Notes under the pieces: generated by a model
What the model was told of the DNA's origin: nothing
Seen by the model: the letters and a program-made list of their open reading frames with translations, nothing else
Databases searched by the model: none
Shown: in pieces, positions 12,004-22,092 of the stretch
Numbering within the stretch: position 1 is the stretch's first letter
Layout: each line of letters starts with the position of its first letter
From: Methanocellaceae archaeon UBA148
GTDB taxonomy: Archaea; Halobacteriota; UBA148
DNA length: 64,000 nt
Reading direction: 5' to 3'
Assembly: GCA_002495885.1 (NCBI GenBank)
Contig: DAHG01000025.1
Span: 84,353-148,352, forward strand
Program-made: the position numbers and the translations under genes

Positions 12004-12010
12004 TTTTTTT
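12004..12010 (+). terminator. Oligo-T stretch (T7), a candidate archaeal terminator in the convergent intergenic region
   Basis: TTTTTTT directly follows the tandem repeat. Archaeal RNA polymerase terminates at oligo-T tracts. Confidence 0.25.
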
Positions 12011-12058
12011 ATTGAATGATTATTGATTTATTTAGTTTAGTCATTTATTTATCCTACC

Positions 12059-12562
12059 CTATTTTATGATATCTAACAATGCTACCCTCTCTAAAACAAG
12101 CTCTGGGATTTTATCATCGCCCACGGCACTAATCTCGGCTTCAGTGATGTCGAAGGTCTTGACAAGCTTTCTCTTCTTATGTTCTGTGTAGGCAAGCACC
12201 GGTGCCTCATGGATGATAGTTTTCAACTCAGAGCTTGCACCTGTCGTATCATCGCCTATTATAACGATCGCAACGTAGTTTTTACCTGAGTGAACGCCCA
12301 TTGACATCGCCTGTTCAATCTGGCGCTTTCCAGAAGCATACAATAAAATCTCAAGGCCCAAATCCTTTGCGATATTCCTTCCCTCGTGCATAGCTCTATT
12401 GGCCTTCTCGACCGCGAATAGAAGATGCTCCGTACTGGCAATCTGGTTTGCATCAATCGCTTGGACGGTTACACGATGTTTTTTTGCTACTTCATTCAAC
12501 ATTTTGATGAAAGCTCCAACATCTTCAATGTCGACAATGCCGCCGATGATTTCGGTATTCAT
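12059..12562 (-). CDS. cgi121: KEOPS complex subunit Cgi121
   Basis: 167 aa. ILLYASGKRQIEQAM resembles the Cgi121 signature region (compare ILVRASGQRQI in methanococcal Cgi121). Size fits. Confidence 0.5.
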   Translation of the reverse strand: MNTEIIGGIVDIEDVGAFIKMLNEVAKKHRVTVQAIDANQIASTEHLLFAVEKANRAMHEGRNIAKDLGLEILLYASGKRQIEQAMSMGVHSGKNYVAIVIIGDDTTGASSELKTIIHEAPVLAYTEHKKRKLVKTFDITEAEISAVGDDKIPELVLERVALLDIIK

Positions 12563-12596
12563 ACTTTACCTTTTCTTTTCTTTTATCTATTCTGCC

Positions 12597-14717
12597 CTAT
12601 TTCAGCTTTTCATCCACGCTGACACCCAGTTGCTCCAGAATGTTTATTGCGATTTTATTTCCAACCAGCTCACCAATCTTTTTGGGGTCGGCATTTTTGA
12701 GTTTATTGTGGTCAGTGAAGCCTGCATCGTACAATCTGCGGGCTCTGACCCGACCCACCCCCCTTAGAGTGACCAGTTTAAGAAGATCTTGATTGATGCC
12801 ATATTTGATCCGCATCACCAAGCGCCTCGCATCTTTTGTAAAAGGACGCTTTAGAAAAGCAGACAATTCTGCCGTGCTATGCACGAGCCATTCCGCCGTC
12901 TCAGTTAACGTACGAATGTCTCCAGGACCTATGCCGAATCTTGTGATAATGTCGTTTTCCTCTACCTCGTCGATCCAATCCAAGAACATCATTGCAGTCT
13001 TAACCTCAGCAAGAAACCACTCGTCACCATCTACGTAAAAGAGCTCCCTATCATGCTCTTCTGCAAAATTCTGTACCCATATGCAATCCTTACTTCGCAG
13101 GTAGAGTTTTCTCATATCTGGCGTTCTGCAAACCAGATGTAGCAGTGTAAGCAAAGTTGGGTCTTGCATCGATTTCAGTGCATTGATGATGATCGAAGCG
13201 GACAAAGGATCTATGTACAGTTTCGAGACCAATTTTCCCAGTTGAGTGGCATGTAGTTCCCCGTCTGATTCTGTAGACATGCCCTCACTTTCCAAAAATT
13301 CCAGCACAGCATCAATCACATGCTCTATGCTCCATCTTTCCTGTTGTGAGCCATAGAACGTTGCTTCTATAAAATCGAATAGTTCACTTCGCGATAGGGC
13401 AAATCCAGTTGCAATGGTCGACAAGATGTGTGTGCGAAGTGCGTTCTCGGTGCCAAGCTTCGACCAAATCCTCTCTGGGTAGGCAAGCACATAATTTTCC
13501 ATCAGCTCGTTCAACTCATCAAGATTTCTTGCGATGAGGACTGATTCACCATAAGGATCTAAGCCCGGACGACCTGCTCTGCCACACATTTGTTTTATCT
13601 CCAGGACGGGTATTGGCGTCGATCCAAAGTTGAGATCATACCTTTTGTAATTCCTGATTATCACCCGTCTTGCCGGTAAGTTGAGACCTGAAGCCAACGT
13701 AGGGGTGCAAGCTATTGCCTTTACCAAGTTGGATCGGAAGCCACCCTCTATAATGCGTCGATGCTCGCTATGTAACCCAGCATGATGAAAGGCCGTTCCT
13801 TTTTCGATATAGGAGGCGAGTTTTTCGCCTAGATCGGTCTCACCGACCTCTCGAATCTCTCCTGCTAAATTCATCAACCCAGCCAGCCCCTCAGAATCGA
13901 TCATGCCTTTAATGGCTCTGCCTACGCTTTTGGCCATGCTTTCAGAGTTTCGGCGGGTGTTGGTGAAGATGAGGCATTGCCCCCCCTCCCATATGGTATC
14001 CATCGAAAGTGCAATGGCCTCATCTTTATTCTTCGAACTGATCTCTTTTTTTGCATTTACAAAGTTGATGGCTCGCCCAAAAAGGACGCCCTCTCGCAAT
14101 TCTACAGGACGCCAGTCACTTTTGACAAGCTCTGCATTTAGCCATCCTGCCAACTCGTCTGCATTCCCTATGGTGGCACTCAGAGCAAGGATCTGGGCCA
14201 CTGGATTTAACTTCATTAGTTTTGTCAACGTGATTTCCAGCGTGGGCCCCCTATCAGCGGAGTTGATGAGATGGATCTCATCGGCAACGATGACCGTAAG
14301 ATGGGGCATCCAACTTACCTCATTCCTGAGTAGCGAGTCCGCTTTCTCAGACGTGGCTACGATGATATCATATGTGCCAAGCCACTCATCTTTCTGATCA
14401 AAATCACCTGTCGATATGCCCACCTTGATTCCCAGCTTTTTGAATTCAGAGAATCTGTCGAATTTTTCTGAGGCAAGTGCCCTAAGCGGTACGATGTAGA
14501 GTGCCTTGCCCCCGCTTAGCACTGACTTCAACATGGCAAATTCTGCCAAGAGCGTCTTGCCTGATGCGGTAGGAATGGCTGCAACCATGTTCTTCCCATC
14601 CAGTATGCCATGTAGAATGGCATCCGCTTGGGGGGGATAAAGCTCATCGAATCCCGAATCTACGTAAAATCGGATTAAGCTCTGGGGTAACTGATCGAAC
14701 AGCTCGCTAATTTTCAT
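12597..14717 (-). CDS. hel308: Hel308/Hjm-type Ski2-like DNA helicase
   Basis: 706 aa. Walker A (AAIPTASGKT), DEIH box (VADEIHLI), and a C-terminal HhH-like domain typical of archaeal Hel308. Confidence 0.85.
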   Translation of the reverse strand: MKISELFDQLPQSLIRFYVDSGFDELYPPQADAILHGILDGKNMVAAIPTASGKTLLAEFAMLKSVLSGGKALYIVPLRALASEKFDRFSEFKKLGIKVGISTGDFDQKDEWLGTYDIIVATSEKADSLLRNEVSWMPHLTVIVADEIHLINSADRGPTLEITLTKLMKLNPVAQILALSATIGNADELAGWLNAELVKSDWRPVELREGVLFGRAINFVNAKKEISSKNKDEAIALSMDTIWEGGQCLIFTNTRRNSESMAKSVGRAIKGMIDSEGLAGLMNLAGEIREVGETDLGEKLASYIEKGTAFHHAGLHSEHRRIIEGGFRSNLVKAIACTPTLASGLNLPARRVIIRNYKRYDLNFGSTPIPVLEIKQMCGRAGRPGLDPYGESVLIARNLDELNELMENYVLAYPERIWSKLGTENALRTHILSTIATGFALSRSELFDFIEATFYGSQQERWSIEHVIDAVLEFLESEGMSTESDGELHATQLGKLVSKLYIDPLSASIIINALKSMQDPTLLTLLHLVCRTPDMRKLYLRSKDCIWVQNFAEEHDRELFYVDGDEWFLAEVKTAMMFLDWIDEVEENDIITRFGIGPGDIRTLTETAEWLVHSTAELSAFLKRPFTKDARRLVMRIKYGINQDLLKLVTLRGVGRVRARRLYDAGFTDHNKLKNADPKKIGELVGNKIAINILEQLGVSVDEKLK

Positions 14718-14770
14718 TGAAATAAATTAATGGTCGAATCCGAGAAAAGCATTTCTCTCTGAAGCCTTGT

Positions 14771-14830
14771 TCCTAAAGTCCATTTTTCAGCCGACATTAG
14801 GAGCAGAATGACGACTTTAGGAGCAAAGCT
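14771..14830. repeat. Copy of the palindromic repeat family (TCCTAAAGTCCATTTTTCAGCCGACATTAGGAGCA...GACTTTAGGAGCAAAGCT)
   Basis: Matches the 801-950 element in 35 of 37 core positions. It sits just upstream of hel308. Confidence 0.6.
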
Positions 14831-14926
14831 TCTCTCTGAAAAAGAGTTATATATCGTAATGTTTATGAATAGATATAATAAAACTAAGTATGAGAAGGGC
14901 GTATATTCTAAGTATGACACGGGCGT

Positions 14927-15109
14927 ATGTTAATGGATTTCGAAAAACCTATGACAAAATTAGCAATCCTAACACTAGCCTTATTGATCCTATTTGTTCT
15001 TGCAAAATTCATCGAAATACTCCTATTCATCCTCATCAGATTTTTAGCAATCATCTTGATTGTAGCGATTGCCATATGGTTTATATTATCGATCATTAAA
15101 CATTTATAA
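14927..15109 (+). CDS. Hypothetical small hydrophobic protein
   Basis: 60 aa and almost entirely hydrophobic. It could be spurious in an AT-rich spacer. Confidence 0.15.
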   Translation: MLMDFEKPMTKLAILTLALLILFVLAKFIEILLFILIRFLAIILIVAIAIWFILSIIKHL

Positions 15110-15130
15110 AGAAATAAGATTGAGCAGAAT

Positions 15131-15650
15131 ATGAATGTAACCATAAGAAAAGAGGAGAAAAAGGATTATAAAAAGGTTTATGAAGTAAACTGCTTGGCTT
15201 TTCAACAAGAAAATGAAAATAAACTGATCGAGAAAATAAGAAAAGGTAAGAACTTTGTTCCTGAACTATCACTTGTAGCTGAGATTGATGATGAAATTGT
15301 TGGACATATCCTATTTTCAAGAATAAAGGTATTTGGCGATTTTGTCTTTGACTCTCTTGCCCTAGCTCCCATGGCGGTTAGCCCCGAGTTTCAGAAAAAA
15401 GGAATCGGACGTAAATTAATTAAAAAAGGGCATAGAAAAAGCGAAAGAAATGGGATTTGACTCCATAATCGTTCTGGGTCATAAAGAGTATTATCCAAAA
15501 TTTGGATTTCAAAGGGCTTCAAAGTGGAACATAAAATGTCCTTTTGAGGTTCCTGACGAAGCGTTTATGGCAATTGAACTAACTGAAAGAGCATTTGAAG
15601 GCAAGGCAGGAACAGTTAAATATCATGATGAATTTATGGAAGTTGAATAA
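15131..15650 (+). pseudogene. GNAT-family N-acetyltransferase (YhbS-like) split by a frameshift near 15440-15460
   Basis: The two adjacent ORFs, 15131-15460 and 15450-15650, together read as one GNAT protein (..IVGHILFSRI.. then ..GFDSIIVLGHKEYYPKFGF..). The break falls in an A-rich homopolymer run. Confidence 0.55.
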
Positions 15651-15697
15651 AAAAATGCAGATGGGGTCTGGAAATAAAGTTTAAAAGAGAGTGCAGT

Positions 15698-16150
15698 TTG
15701 AATATGAAAAGAATTACCCCGTTGGTCGGATTAATTTCAATATTATTGGTAAGTGGTTGTATTACGCAACTTTCAGATCAAGAATTGACTTTTGAAACTA
15801 TCTCAAAAGGAGTTATCAGCGGCCACGATGAAAGAAAGGACTACGTGATAATGGATCCATCTGAATGGGGAAATTTATGGGGTAAAGTGCACTCCAGAGT
15901 TTTACCCACACCGAACCTCCCTGATGTCAACTTCGAGGATGAAATAGTCATTGCCGTCTTTCAGGGCAGTCATTCTACCGGGGGATACGCCATTGAAATC
16001 ACACAAATCGTTGAAAAAGAGAATTCCGTAGAGGTATTTGTTAAGGAAACGTCACCTTCACCAGAATCCATAGTAACTCAGGCATTCACCCAACCTTACC
16101 ATATTGTCAAAGTCAAAAGAGTTGACAAAGAAGTTGTATTTAGAAGATAG
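15698..16150 (+). CDS. Hypothetical lipoprotein
   Basis: 150 aa. Signal peptide ending in a lipobox-like LLVSGC. Confidence 0.45.
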   Translation: MNMKRITPLVGLISILLVSGCITQLSDQELTFETISKGVISGHDERKDYVIMDPSEWGNLWGKVHSRVLPTPNLPDVNFEDEIVIAVFQGSHSTGGYAIEITQIVEKENSVEVFVKETSPSPESIVTQAFTQPYHIVKVKRVDKEVVFRR

Positions 16151-16324
16151 ACTCACTGTACTGGTTGACTTCTGCGAATGGCTTCTCGCTTTTTATGCAT
16201 CGATAGAAGTAGTGAATGTGTATATTTGGAAAATTACTCCTAAGAAGATAGTTTCGAAATTAATTATCTGAAAATGCTCTAATAAGACTTATAATCCCTA
16301 TTTACATGATGGTGTTGCGATCAT

Positions 16325-16885
16325 ATGTCTCATCATATCCACATCAATCCAGACTATAATTATAGAGTAGAGTTTCGCAGGATTAATAATCCCTCTCTCG
16401 AATTCAACTCGGGTCAAATGACAATCGTTTTGCCAAAGGGAGCAAAGCCAGATGATGTCATACAGAAATACAAATCCTGGATAGAACAAGTCCATTCAAG
16501 CATTCAATGCGCTTTAGAGGTGGCCAAAAAAATGAATTTAGAAAATAGGGCCCAGCCACAATTCAGACAGCTTGTTTGGCAACTCGCAGAGAAATATTCC
16601 GTGGAACTCGGTGTCAATTTCTATAAGATATATTTCAAGAAGATGGATAAAAAGTGGGCGAGTTGTGGCACAGATGGAAATCTCACGTTCAACACCCTAA
16701 TGAAGCGGTTACCTGAAAATTTAATAGAATATGTGGTCTTCCACGAAATTACACACCGCAAAGAAATGAATCATGGTAAATATTTCTGGAGAATTGTATC
16801 CAACAAGTACCCTGCGCATAAGAGGATGGAAATGAATCTGTTTGTATACTGGTTACTAGTGAAAGGGGGTGCTTCTCAGGATTGA
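16325..16885 (+). CDS. YgjP-like (DUF45) zinc metallohydrolase
   Basis: 186 aa. The HEITHRKEMNHGKYFW motif is the HExxHxxExNHxxxFW signature of the YgjP/DUF45 family. Confidence 0.6.
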   Translation: MSHHIHINPDYNYRVEFRRINNPSLEFNSGQMTIVLPKGAKPDDVIQKYKSWIEQVHSSIQCALEVAKKMNLENRAQPQFRQLVWQLAEKYSVELGVNFYKIYFKKMDKKWASCGTDGNLTFNTLMKRLPENLIEYVVFHEITHRKEMNHGKYFWRIVSNKYPAHKRMEMNLFVYWLLVKGGASQD

Positions 16886-17154
16886 AGATTAAGTTTTAAT
16901 TTTTTTAGTATTCCTCAAATTTACTGATTGTTTTTGTTTAAGCAGAAAGGATATTTTGGCGATGTATGTCCCAAAAAAGGTTTAAATGCGAAATGTTAAA
17001 GTATAGGGATTTTTTTATATAATATAGGATGGTTGCAGATAAAACTGAGAAAGAAAAAGAAAAACCAATTCAAGAAGCATCAAAGCGTGCAAAAGTTGAA
17101 ATTAAAAGATGTCTAGGCATAATCAAAAAATGTATTAATACCAAGTCCTTTGTC

Positions 17155-17165
17155 TTTTTTTTTTT
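17155..17165 (+). terminator. Oligo-T tract (T11), a possible terminator for the + strand YgjP-like gene
   Basis: Eleven consecutive T on the + strand. Confidence 0.25.
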
Positions 17166-17174
17166 CCAAATCCA

Positions 17175-17261
17175 CGCCGGGAGAGGGATTTGAACCCTCG
17201 TGTCCCGAAGGGACACTGGTTTAGCAAACCAGCGCCTTAGACCAGACTTGGCTATCCCGAC
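17175..17261 (-). tRNA. tRNA-Ser (GCU anticodon) with a long variable arm
   Basis: Reverse complement GTCGGGATAGCCAAGTCTGGTCTAAGGCGCTGGTTTGCTAAACCAGTGTCCCTTCGGGACACGAGGGTTCAAATCCCTCTCCCGGCG folds as a cloverleaf. 7-bp acceptor stem with one G-U pair, anticodon loop TTGCTAA, T-loop TTCAAAT, long extra arm. Confidence 0.85.
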
Positions 17262-17320
17262 TTCCTATATCATCCATGTGTTTAAACGAGATAAATAATT
17301 TTGCTTGATTATGTTAAGTA

Positions 17321-17634
17321 GTGGGCATGCTTTTCGGTCGCAGCTCTCCCTCCAACCAGTGATCCAAAAACCCGTCTCAACCCCGCAACCCTGCGAACGC
17401 CAGTATTCCACGGTGGGTCTGCTTCCTTCCGGACCTGGACCGGTGCCCATGGTTAAGTTGTAAGGACAGGCCCTACAGCCAGCCCCCACACCAAATGCCA
17501 ACCCCGTAGGACGAGGCTTCACAGTAAAGTTCTTAGATTTAATTGAAGTTAAAACTTCTCCCGCCAAGCTTCGCCTCTCGCCTATCGACGTTTTCGAGTT
17601 ACAAGTGACGCCGAGCCACCCAGGCTAGCCCACC
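17321..17634 (-). ncRNA. ffs: Signal recognition particle RNA (7S/SRP RNA)
   Basis: The minus strand contains the universally conserved domain IV motif CAGGUCCGGAAGGAAGCAGAC. The 5' end (GTGGGCTAGC) pairs with the 3' end (GCATGCCCAC). About 314 nt, GC-rich, adjacent to tRNA-Ser. Confidence 0.75.
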
Positions 17635-17740
17635 AATTTGATATCGAATCCGAAACTAAATAAACCTATCGCACCGAGATTTTGAAAAGCCTCGAAAGAG
17701 AGATGCGTCCTATTCCAAAGCAATAAACTTATCATGCTGT

Positions 17741-18004
17741 ATGCGAATAGGTGAAAGGATGATTGAAGAATTGGTCGGATATGTGACTGGAAACACGAAG
17801 AGAGTGCAAATCATACAGGTATTGGGAAAAGGGGAACTTGAAGTTGGCAAAGTTGCCAAGATAACACATACACCTGAAAGATTAGCTGCGAAGACCCTCA
17901 AGGACTTAGAAGAAAGAGGTCTGATCAAGGCTGATGGCAAAAACAAAAAATACACCCTAACAGACGTCGGTGTTGAAGTAGAAAATAGGATTAAAAGTTT
18001 GTGA
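17741..18004 (+). CDS. Small winged-helix DNA-binding protein
   Basis: 87 aa. Helix-turn-helix-like region (VGKVAKITHTPERLAAKTLKDLEERGLI). Confidence 0.45.
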   Translation: MRIGERMIEELVGYVTGNTKRVQIIQVLGKGELEVGKVAKITHTPERLAAKTLKDLEERGLIKADGKNKKYTLTDVGVEVENRIKSL

Positions 18005-18013
18005 TTAACTAGT

Positions 18014-18087
18014 GGGGCTGTAGGGTAGCCTGGTTATCCTATGAGACTGGGGGTCTCGTGACTGGAGTTCAAATCTCCGCAGCCCCA
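18014..18087 (+). tRNA. tRNA-Pro (GGG anticodon)
   Basis: GGGGCTGTAGGGTAGCCTGGTTATCCTATGAGACTGGGGGTCTCGTGACTGGAGTTCAAATCTCCGCAGCCCCA. The acceptor stem GGGGCTG pairs with CAGCCCC, the anticodon loop is CTGGGGG, and the T-loop is TTCAAAT. Confidence 0.8.
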
Positions 18088-18140
18088 TCCAGAAAAGCTT
18101 CTAACTCATTTCATTCCGGGATGATGAGACATCCTACAGA

Positions 18141-18866
18141 TTATTTAGGACGTTCTGGATCCAACAGAAAACCAAGCGTTGAGCTTAATACTGTGATTGT
18201 GATGGGTCTGGGTATAGTCTCTTTTTCTGGGTGTACGGAAAATATCTTATAGGTGTTGCATAATTCTAAAAGTGGCTCATGCCTTTTTGGAATGATATTT
18301 CTGTATTTCTCTTTATTATTTAGATATTCGCTCATCAACTGCCCTAATGTCATTTCATCGAGCTGCATTTCTTTGGGTTGAGTCGATTTCATAAGGGCTA
18401 AGAGCCTGTATTCTATTGCACAGACTGCCATCGCTACTGTCGAGTTATTACATCCTTCTAAATAGCAATGGATTGACTCATCTAATCTTTTAGTTTCAGT
18501 AGGGTTTAGAATGAAAAGCCTTTCTCTTATCTCGCTCTCTGCAACCTGAAAAATATTTTTTACACAGGTTATATTCTCTTCAAACTTACTTTTCTCAGAA
18601 AGATGAGCCGGGTCATTCAACTTTTGAATATGTCCTCTTAGAGTGTTTTTGCTTTCCTCTAAATGTTTAACTCCAAACATATCACATATTTCCGCTATTC
18701 CTCTCAACAAATCAAATCTTTTCCTATAGTGAGGATAATAACAGAAACCTGGATGGGTTTTATAATAATCTTTATTGTAATAATTTCTTACAGTATCCTC
18801 CTTCAACCTATCACATAGTTCTACGATGCTTTGTAACGATTCTATATAATTTATACAATACTCCAT
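18141..18866 (-). CDS. Hypothetical protein, likely cargo of an integrated-element remnant next to tRNA-Pro
   Basis: 241 aa. No recognisable family. It lies in an AT-rich block bounded by tRNA-Pro and a 17-bp repeat of the tRNA 3' end. Confidence 0.4.
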   Translation of the reverse strand: MEYCINYIESLQSIVELCDRLKEDTVRNYYNKDYYKTHPGFCYYPHYRKRFDLLRGIAEICDMFGVKHLEESKNTLRGHIQKLNDPAHLSEKSKFEENITCVKNIFQVAESEIRERLFILNPTETKRLDESIHCYLEGCNNSTVAMAVCAIEYRLLALMKSTQPKEMQLDEMTLGQLMSEYLNNKEKYRNIIPKRHEPLLELCNTYKIFSVHPEKETIPRPITITVLSSTLGFLLDPERPK

Positions 18867-19081
18867 GGACCTTTAGTCACCTCTTCTAAAATATTGTATT
18901 AAGCTTTCATTTTATTAATTAGTTTTCCTATACTTGCCTTAGACTTATCAGATTTATAGTACATAAATTCTTAGTTTACTCTCAAATAAAAGAGGACCCA
19001 TATCTTGGTTGCAAAAGGAGATTGATGGAAATCTTGTGAAGTTTGCAATTCTTGAATTTTGCATAGTTCATTTCATCCTTT

Positions 19082-19098
19082 ACTGGAGTTCAAATCTC
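19082..19098. repeat. 17-bp direct repeat of the tRNA-Pro 3' half (ACTGGAGTTCAAATCTC), a candidate attR of an integrated element
   Basis: Exact match to 18061-18077 inside tRNA-Pro. Confidence 0.5.
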
Positions 19099-19176
19099 AG
19101 AATTCTCCTAAAAATACGTCTAATGTCGATTCCGTATTCGTTAAATTTATAACCTTTTAGGTTTTTTCCTTATCAA

Positions 19177-19887
19177 ATGAGTGCTAAAGACATTCGTAGG
19201 AGATTAGCAGAGAAAATGGCAGGGGAAATCACACTATCCGAGGACCCTGGTGAAACCCTTAAAAAGTGGCGAAAAAACTTTGAAATTTCGCAGATCGATC
19301 TCTCAAAATATTTAGAGATATCCCCATCTGTCATCAGTGACTATGAGTCTGGAAGGAGAAAATCTCCTGGTACCTTGATTGTTGGCAGAATAGTAGATGC
19401 ATTACTAGAATTAGACTTGCGAAAGGGGGGTAAAAAACTTAGCTCCTATGGGAATATCTTGCGCAGTGGATTCGATGCCAATGCAATTTATGATATGTAT
19501 GAATATTCGACGCCGCTTCTACTTGAAAATTTCGCCAAACTTATCCAAGCCGATAAGATAGTTGGAAATTTCAACAAGGTGATTAACGGCTACACCATCA
19601 TAGACAGTATAAAAGCGATTCTGGAATTGTCCTCAAATGAATTCTATAGACTGTATGGATGGTCTACAGAGAGGGCATTGATTTTCACCAAGCTATCGAC
19701 TGGCAAATCTCCGATGGTGGCTATCAGGGTCGCCAACCTAAAACCCGGGGCTGTCGTACTCCAAGGACTTAGCAGATCAGAAATAGATCTGACTGCGAGA
19801 AAGATAGCAGAAATAGAGCAAATCCCATTAATGAGTACTGCTCTACCCATACAACAACTTATCGAAGCTTTGAGGAGTGGAAAATGA
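19177..19887 (+). CDS. Archaeal predicted transcriptional regulator with an XRE-type helix-turn-helix domain (COG1395-like)
   Basis: 236 aa. XRE-like helix-turn-helix ([23 protein letters not shown]). It is translationally coupled to HMG-CoA synthase. Confidence 0.5.
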   Translation: MSAKDIRRRLAEKMAGEITLSEDPGETLKKWRKNFEISQIDLSKYLEISPSVISDYESGRRKSPGTLIVGRIVDALLELDLRKGGKKLSSYGNILRSGFDANAIYDMYEYSTPLLLENFAKLIQADKIVGNFNKVINGYTIIDSIKAILELSSNEFYRLYGWSTERALIFTKLSTGKSPMVAIRVANLKPGAVVLQGLSRSEIDLTARKIAEIEQIPLMSTALPIQQLIEALRSGK

Positions 19888-20918
19888 GCATCGGAATCAC
19901 AAGCTATGGGGTATATATTCCCCGTTATAGGATCAAGGTAGAGGAAATTGCGAGAGTGTGGGGAGATGATCCCGAAAATATCAAAAGAGGGTTAGGGGTA
20001 TGTGAAAAATCAGTGCCTGACATGGATGAGGACACTGCGACAATCGCAGTCGAGGCAGCTAGAAACGCCATTCGTCGCAACAACACAAATCCTAAAGAAG
20101 TCGGGGCGATCTATGTGGGATCAGAGAGTCACCCCTATGTTGTTAAGCCAACCGCGACCATAGTCGCAGAGGCGATTGGAGCGACACCCTATTTAACTGC
20201 GGCAGATTTCGAGTTCGCTTGCAAAGCTGGCACTGCTGCAATCCAAGCCTGTATGGGTGAAGTTGCTGCTGGGTTTATCGAGTATGGTATGGCAATTGGG
20301 TCAGATGTCTCGCAGGCTGCGCCCGGGGATGCCCTTGAATATACGGCAGCAGCAGGAGGTGCCGCGTATATTATCGGAAAAAAGAACCTCATCGCCGAAA
20401 TAGAAGATACTTTTTCTTTTACGACTGACACACCAGACTTCTGGCGTCGTGAGGGGATGAGCTATCCACTACATGGCGGCAGATTTACTGGCGAGCCCGC
20501 GTATTTTAGGCACATCGTTTCCGCGACAAAAGGTCTGATGGAAAAGATTGATGTGAAACCGGGCGACTACGACTTTGTGGTATTTCACCAACCTAACGGC
20601 AAATTCCCTATTCGCGTAGCAAAAAAACTTGGGTTCACCAAAGAGCAGATTCAACCAGGTTTAATAGTGCCAACGTTAGGCAACACATACTCTGCTTCAT
20701 CCTTGATCAGTCTTGCAGCTGTTTTAGATGAGGCAGAGCAGGGCTCCAGAATACTCATGACATCATTTGGATCTGGAGCAGGTAGCGATTCATTTAGTAT
20801 GGTTATCACGGAGGGGATAGACGAAATGAGAGATAAAGCACCAACTGTCCAAGAATTATTGAAGGGTGCACGATACTTAGACTATGCACTATATGCAAAG
20901 CACAAAGGTGTGATGTAG
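19884..20918 (+). CDS. hmgB: Hydroxymethylglutaryl-CoA synthase (archaeal type)
   Basis: 344 aa. [18 protein letters not shown]-terminus and thiolase-fold catalytic region typical of archaeal HMGCS. Confidence 0.85.
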   Translation: MSIGITSYGVYIPRYRIKVEEIARVWGDDPENIKRGLGVCEKSVPDMDEDTATIAVEAARNAIRRNNTNPKEVGAIYVGSESHPYVVKPTATIVAEAIGATPYLTAADFEFACKAGTAAIQACMGEVAAGFIEYGMAIGSDVSQAAPGDALEYTAAAGGAAYIIGKKNLIAEIEDTFSFTTDTPDFWRREGMSYPLHGGRFTGEPAYFRHIVSATKGLMEKIDVKPGDYDFVVFHQPNGKFPIRVAKKLGFTKEQIQPGLIVPTLGNTYSASSLISLAAVLDEAEQGSRILMTSFGSGAGSDSFSMVITEGIDEMRDKAPTVQELLKGARYLDYALYAKHKGVM

Positions 20919-22088
20919 GTGAGAGAGGTTGCGATCATTGGAGTGGGATGCACAAATTTCGGTGAGATGTGGAACCGATCCTTTCGGGATATCTTCGTCG
21001 AAGCAGGACTGAGCGCACTGGAGGATGCATCCGTCGAGGGAGAGGAAATCGATGCCCTTTTTGTGGGAAACATGAGCGCAGGCAAATTCATAGACCAGGA
21101 GCACATAGGCTCCTTAATAGCGGACTACGCAGGACTGGCGTCGCTACATGTGCCCGCCGTTCGCTTAGGGGCAGCATGCGCCTCTGGCGGAGTTGCATTA
21201 TCGCAGGGAGTGCTTGCGGTCGCTTCCGGATATTATGATATCGTAGTAGCAGGAGGCGCAGAAAAGATGACTGATGTGGGAACAGGGGGGGCAATAGATG
21301 CGCTCGCTTCGGCTGCCGACAGAGAATGGGAAGTTCTTATGGGCGCGACTTTTCCGGGCCTATATGCAATGATAGCAAGACTGCACATGCACAAATACGG
21401 TACAACGAGAGAGCAACTTGCCATGGTGGCAGTGAAAAATCATCTTAATGCGACGATGAATCCAAAAGCGCAATATCGTGGAGAAATATCGATTGACGAG
21501 GTTATGAGTTCTTCTCTTGTCGCCGATCCTCTTCGAATTCTAGATTGCTCTCCCATAACAGACGGCGCAGCAGCCGTAGTGCTTGCACCGGCTGAGATTG
21601 CAAAAAAGTACACAGAATCGCCTGTGTACGTGAAGGCATCAGCACAGGCGACTGATACCATATCCCTCCATGACCGACGAGACATTACTACGTTAGATGC
21701 AACAGTATATGCGGCAAAAAAAGCATATAAAATAGCATCCATCAGGCCGATCGACATAGACTTGGCAGAAGTGCATGATTGTTTCACGATAGGTGAAATT
21801 TGTGCAATAGAAGATCTTGGCTTCGTTCCAAAAGGCAATGGTGGACCTGCCACCGAAGATGGCTTGACAGCGCTGGATGGAAAAATTCCGGTAAACCCTT
21901 CTGGAGGCTTGAAGGCATGCGGACATCCGGTTGGCGCAACAGGCATAAAACAAGCAGTTGAGACAGTCCTTCAGCTAAGAGGAGAGGCTGGTAAGCGGCA
22001 AGTTAGTGGAGCAGAGGTAGGTCTAACGCACAACGTTGGTGGAACCGGAGGAACAGCAGTAGTACATATACTGAGCATAAACAGGTGA
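20919..22088 (+). CDS. Acetyl-CoA C-acetyltransferase (archaeal thiolase)
   Basis: 389 aa with thiolase fold. Positioned between HMGCS and the DUF35 protein, as in archaeal mevalonate operons. Confidence 0.85.
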   Translation: MREVAIIGVGCTNFGEMWNRSFRDIFVEAGLSALEDASVEGEEIDALFVGNMSAGKFIDQEHIGSLIADYAGLASLHVPAVRLGAACASGGVALSQGVLAVASGYYDIVVAGGAEKMTDVGTGGAIDALASAADREWEVLMGATFPGLYAMIARLHMHKYGTTREQLAMVAVKNHLNATMNPKAQYRGEISIDEVMSSSLVADPLRILDCSPITDGAAAVVLAPAEIAKKYTESPVYVKASAQATDTISLHDRRDITTLDATVYAAKKAYKIASIRPIDIDLAEVHDCFTIGEICAIEDLGFVPKGNGGPATEDGLTALDGKIPVNPSGGLKACGHPVGATGIKQAVETVLQLRGEAGKRQVSGAEVGLTHNVGGTGGTAVVHILSINR

Positions 22089-22092
22089 TCGT

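Noticed and set aside
13903-14397. 164-aa + ORF
   Set aside because: It is antisense within hel308.
17028-17190. Short + ORF (about 54 aa, MVADKTEKEKEKP...) upstream of the T11 tract
   Set aside because: It is below length support, has low-complexity Lys/Glu-rich sequence, and ends in the poly-T tract. It is probably non-coding.
17265-17567. 100-aa minus-strand ORF
   Set aside because: It lies entirely within the SRP RNA gene. The open frame comes from GC-rich structured RNA.
18058-18252. 64-aa + ORF
   Set aside because: It starts inside tRNA-Pro and runs antisense into the 3' end of the 241-aa gene. There is no coding support.
21440-21946. 168-aa minus ORF, along with the other 60-90 aa ORFs between 20969 and 22278
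   Set aside because: They are antisense or alternative-frame ORFs inside the thiolase and HMG-CoA synthase genes.
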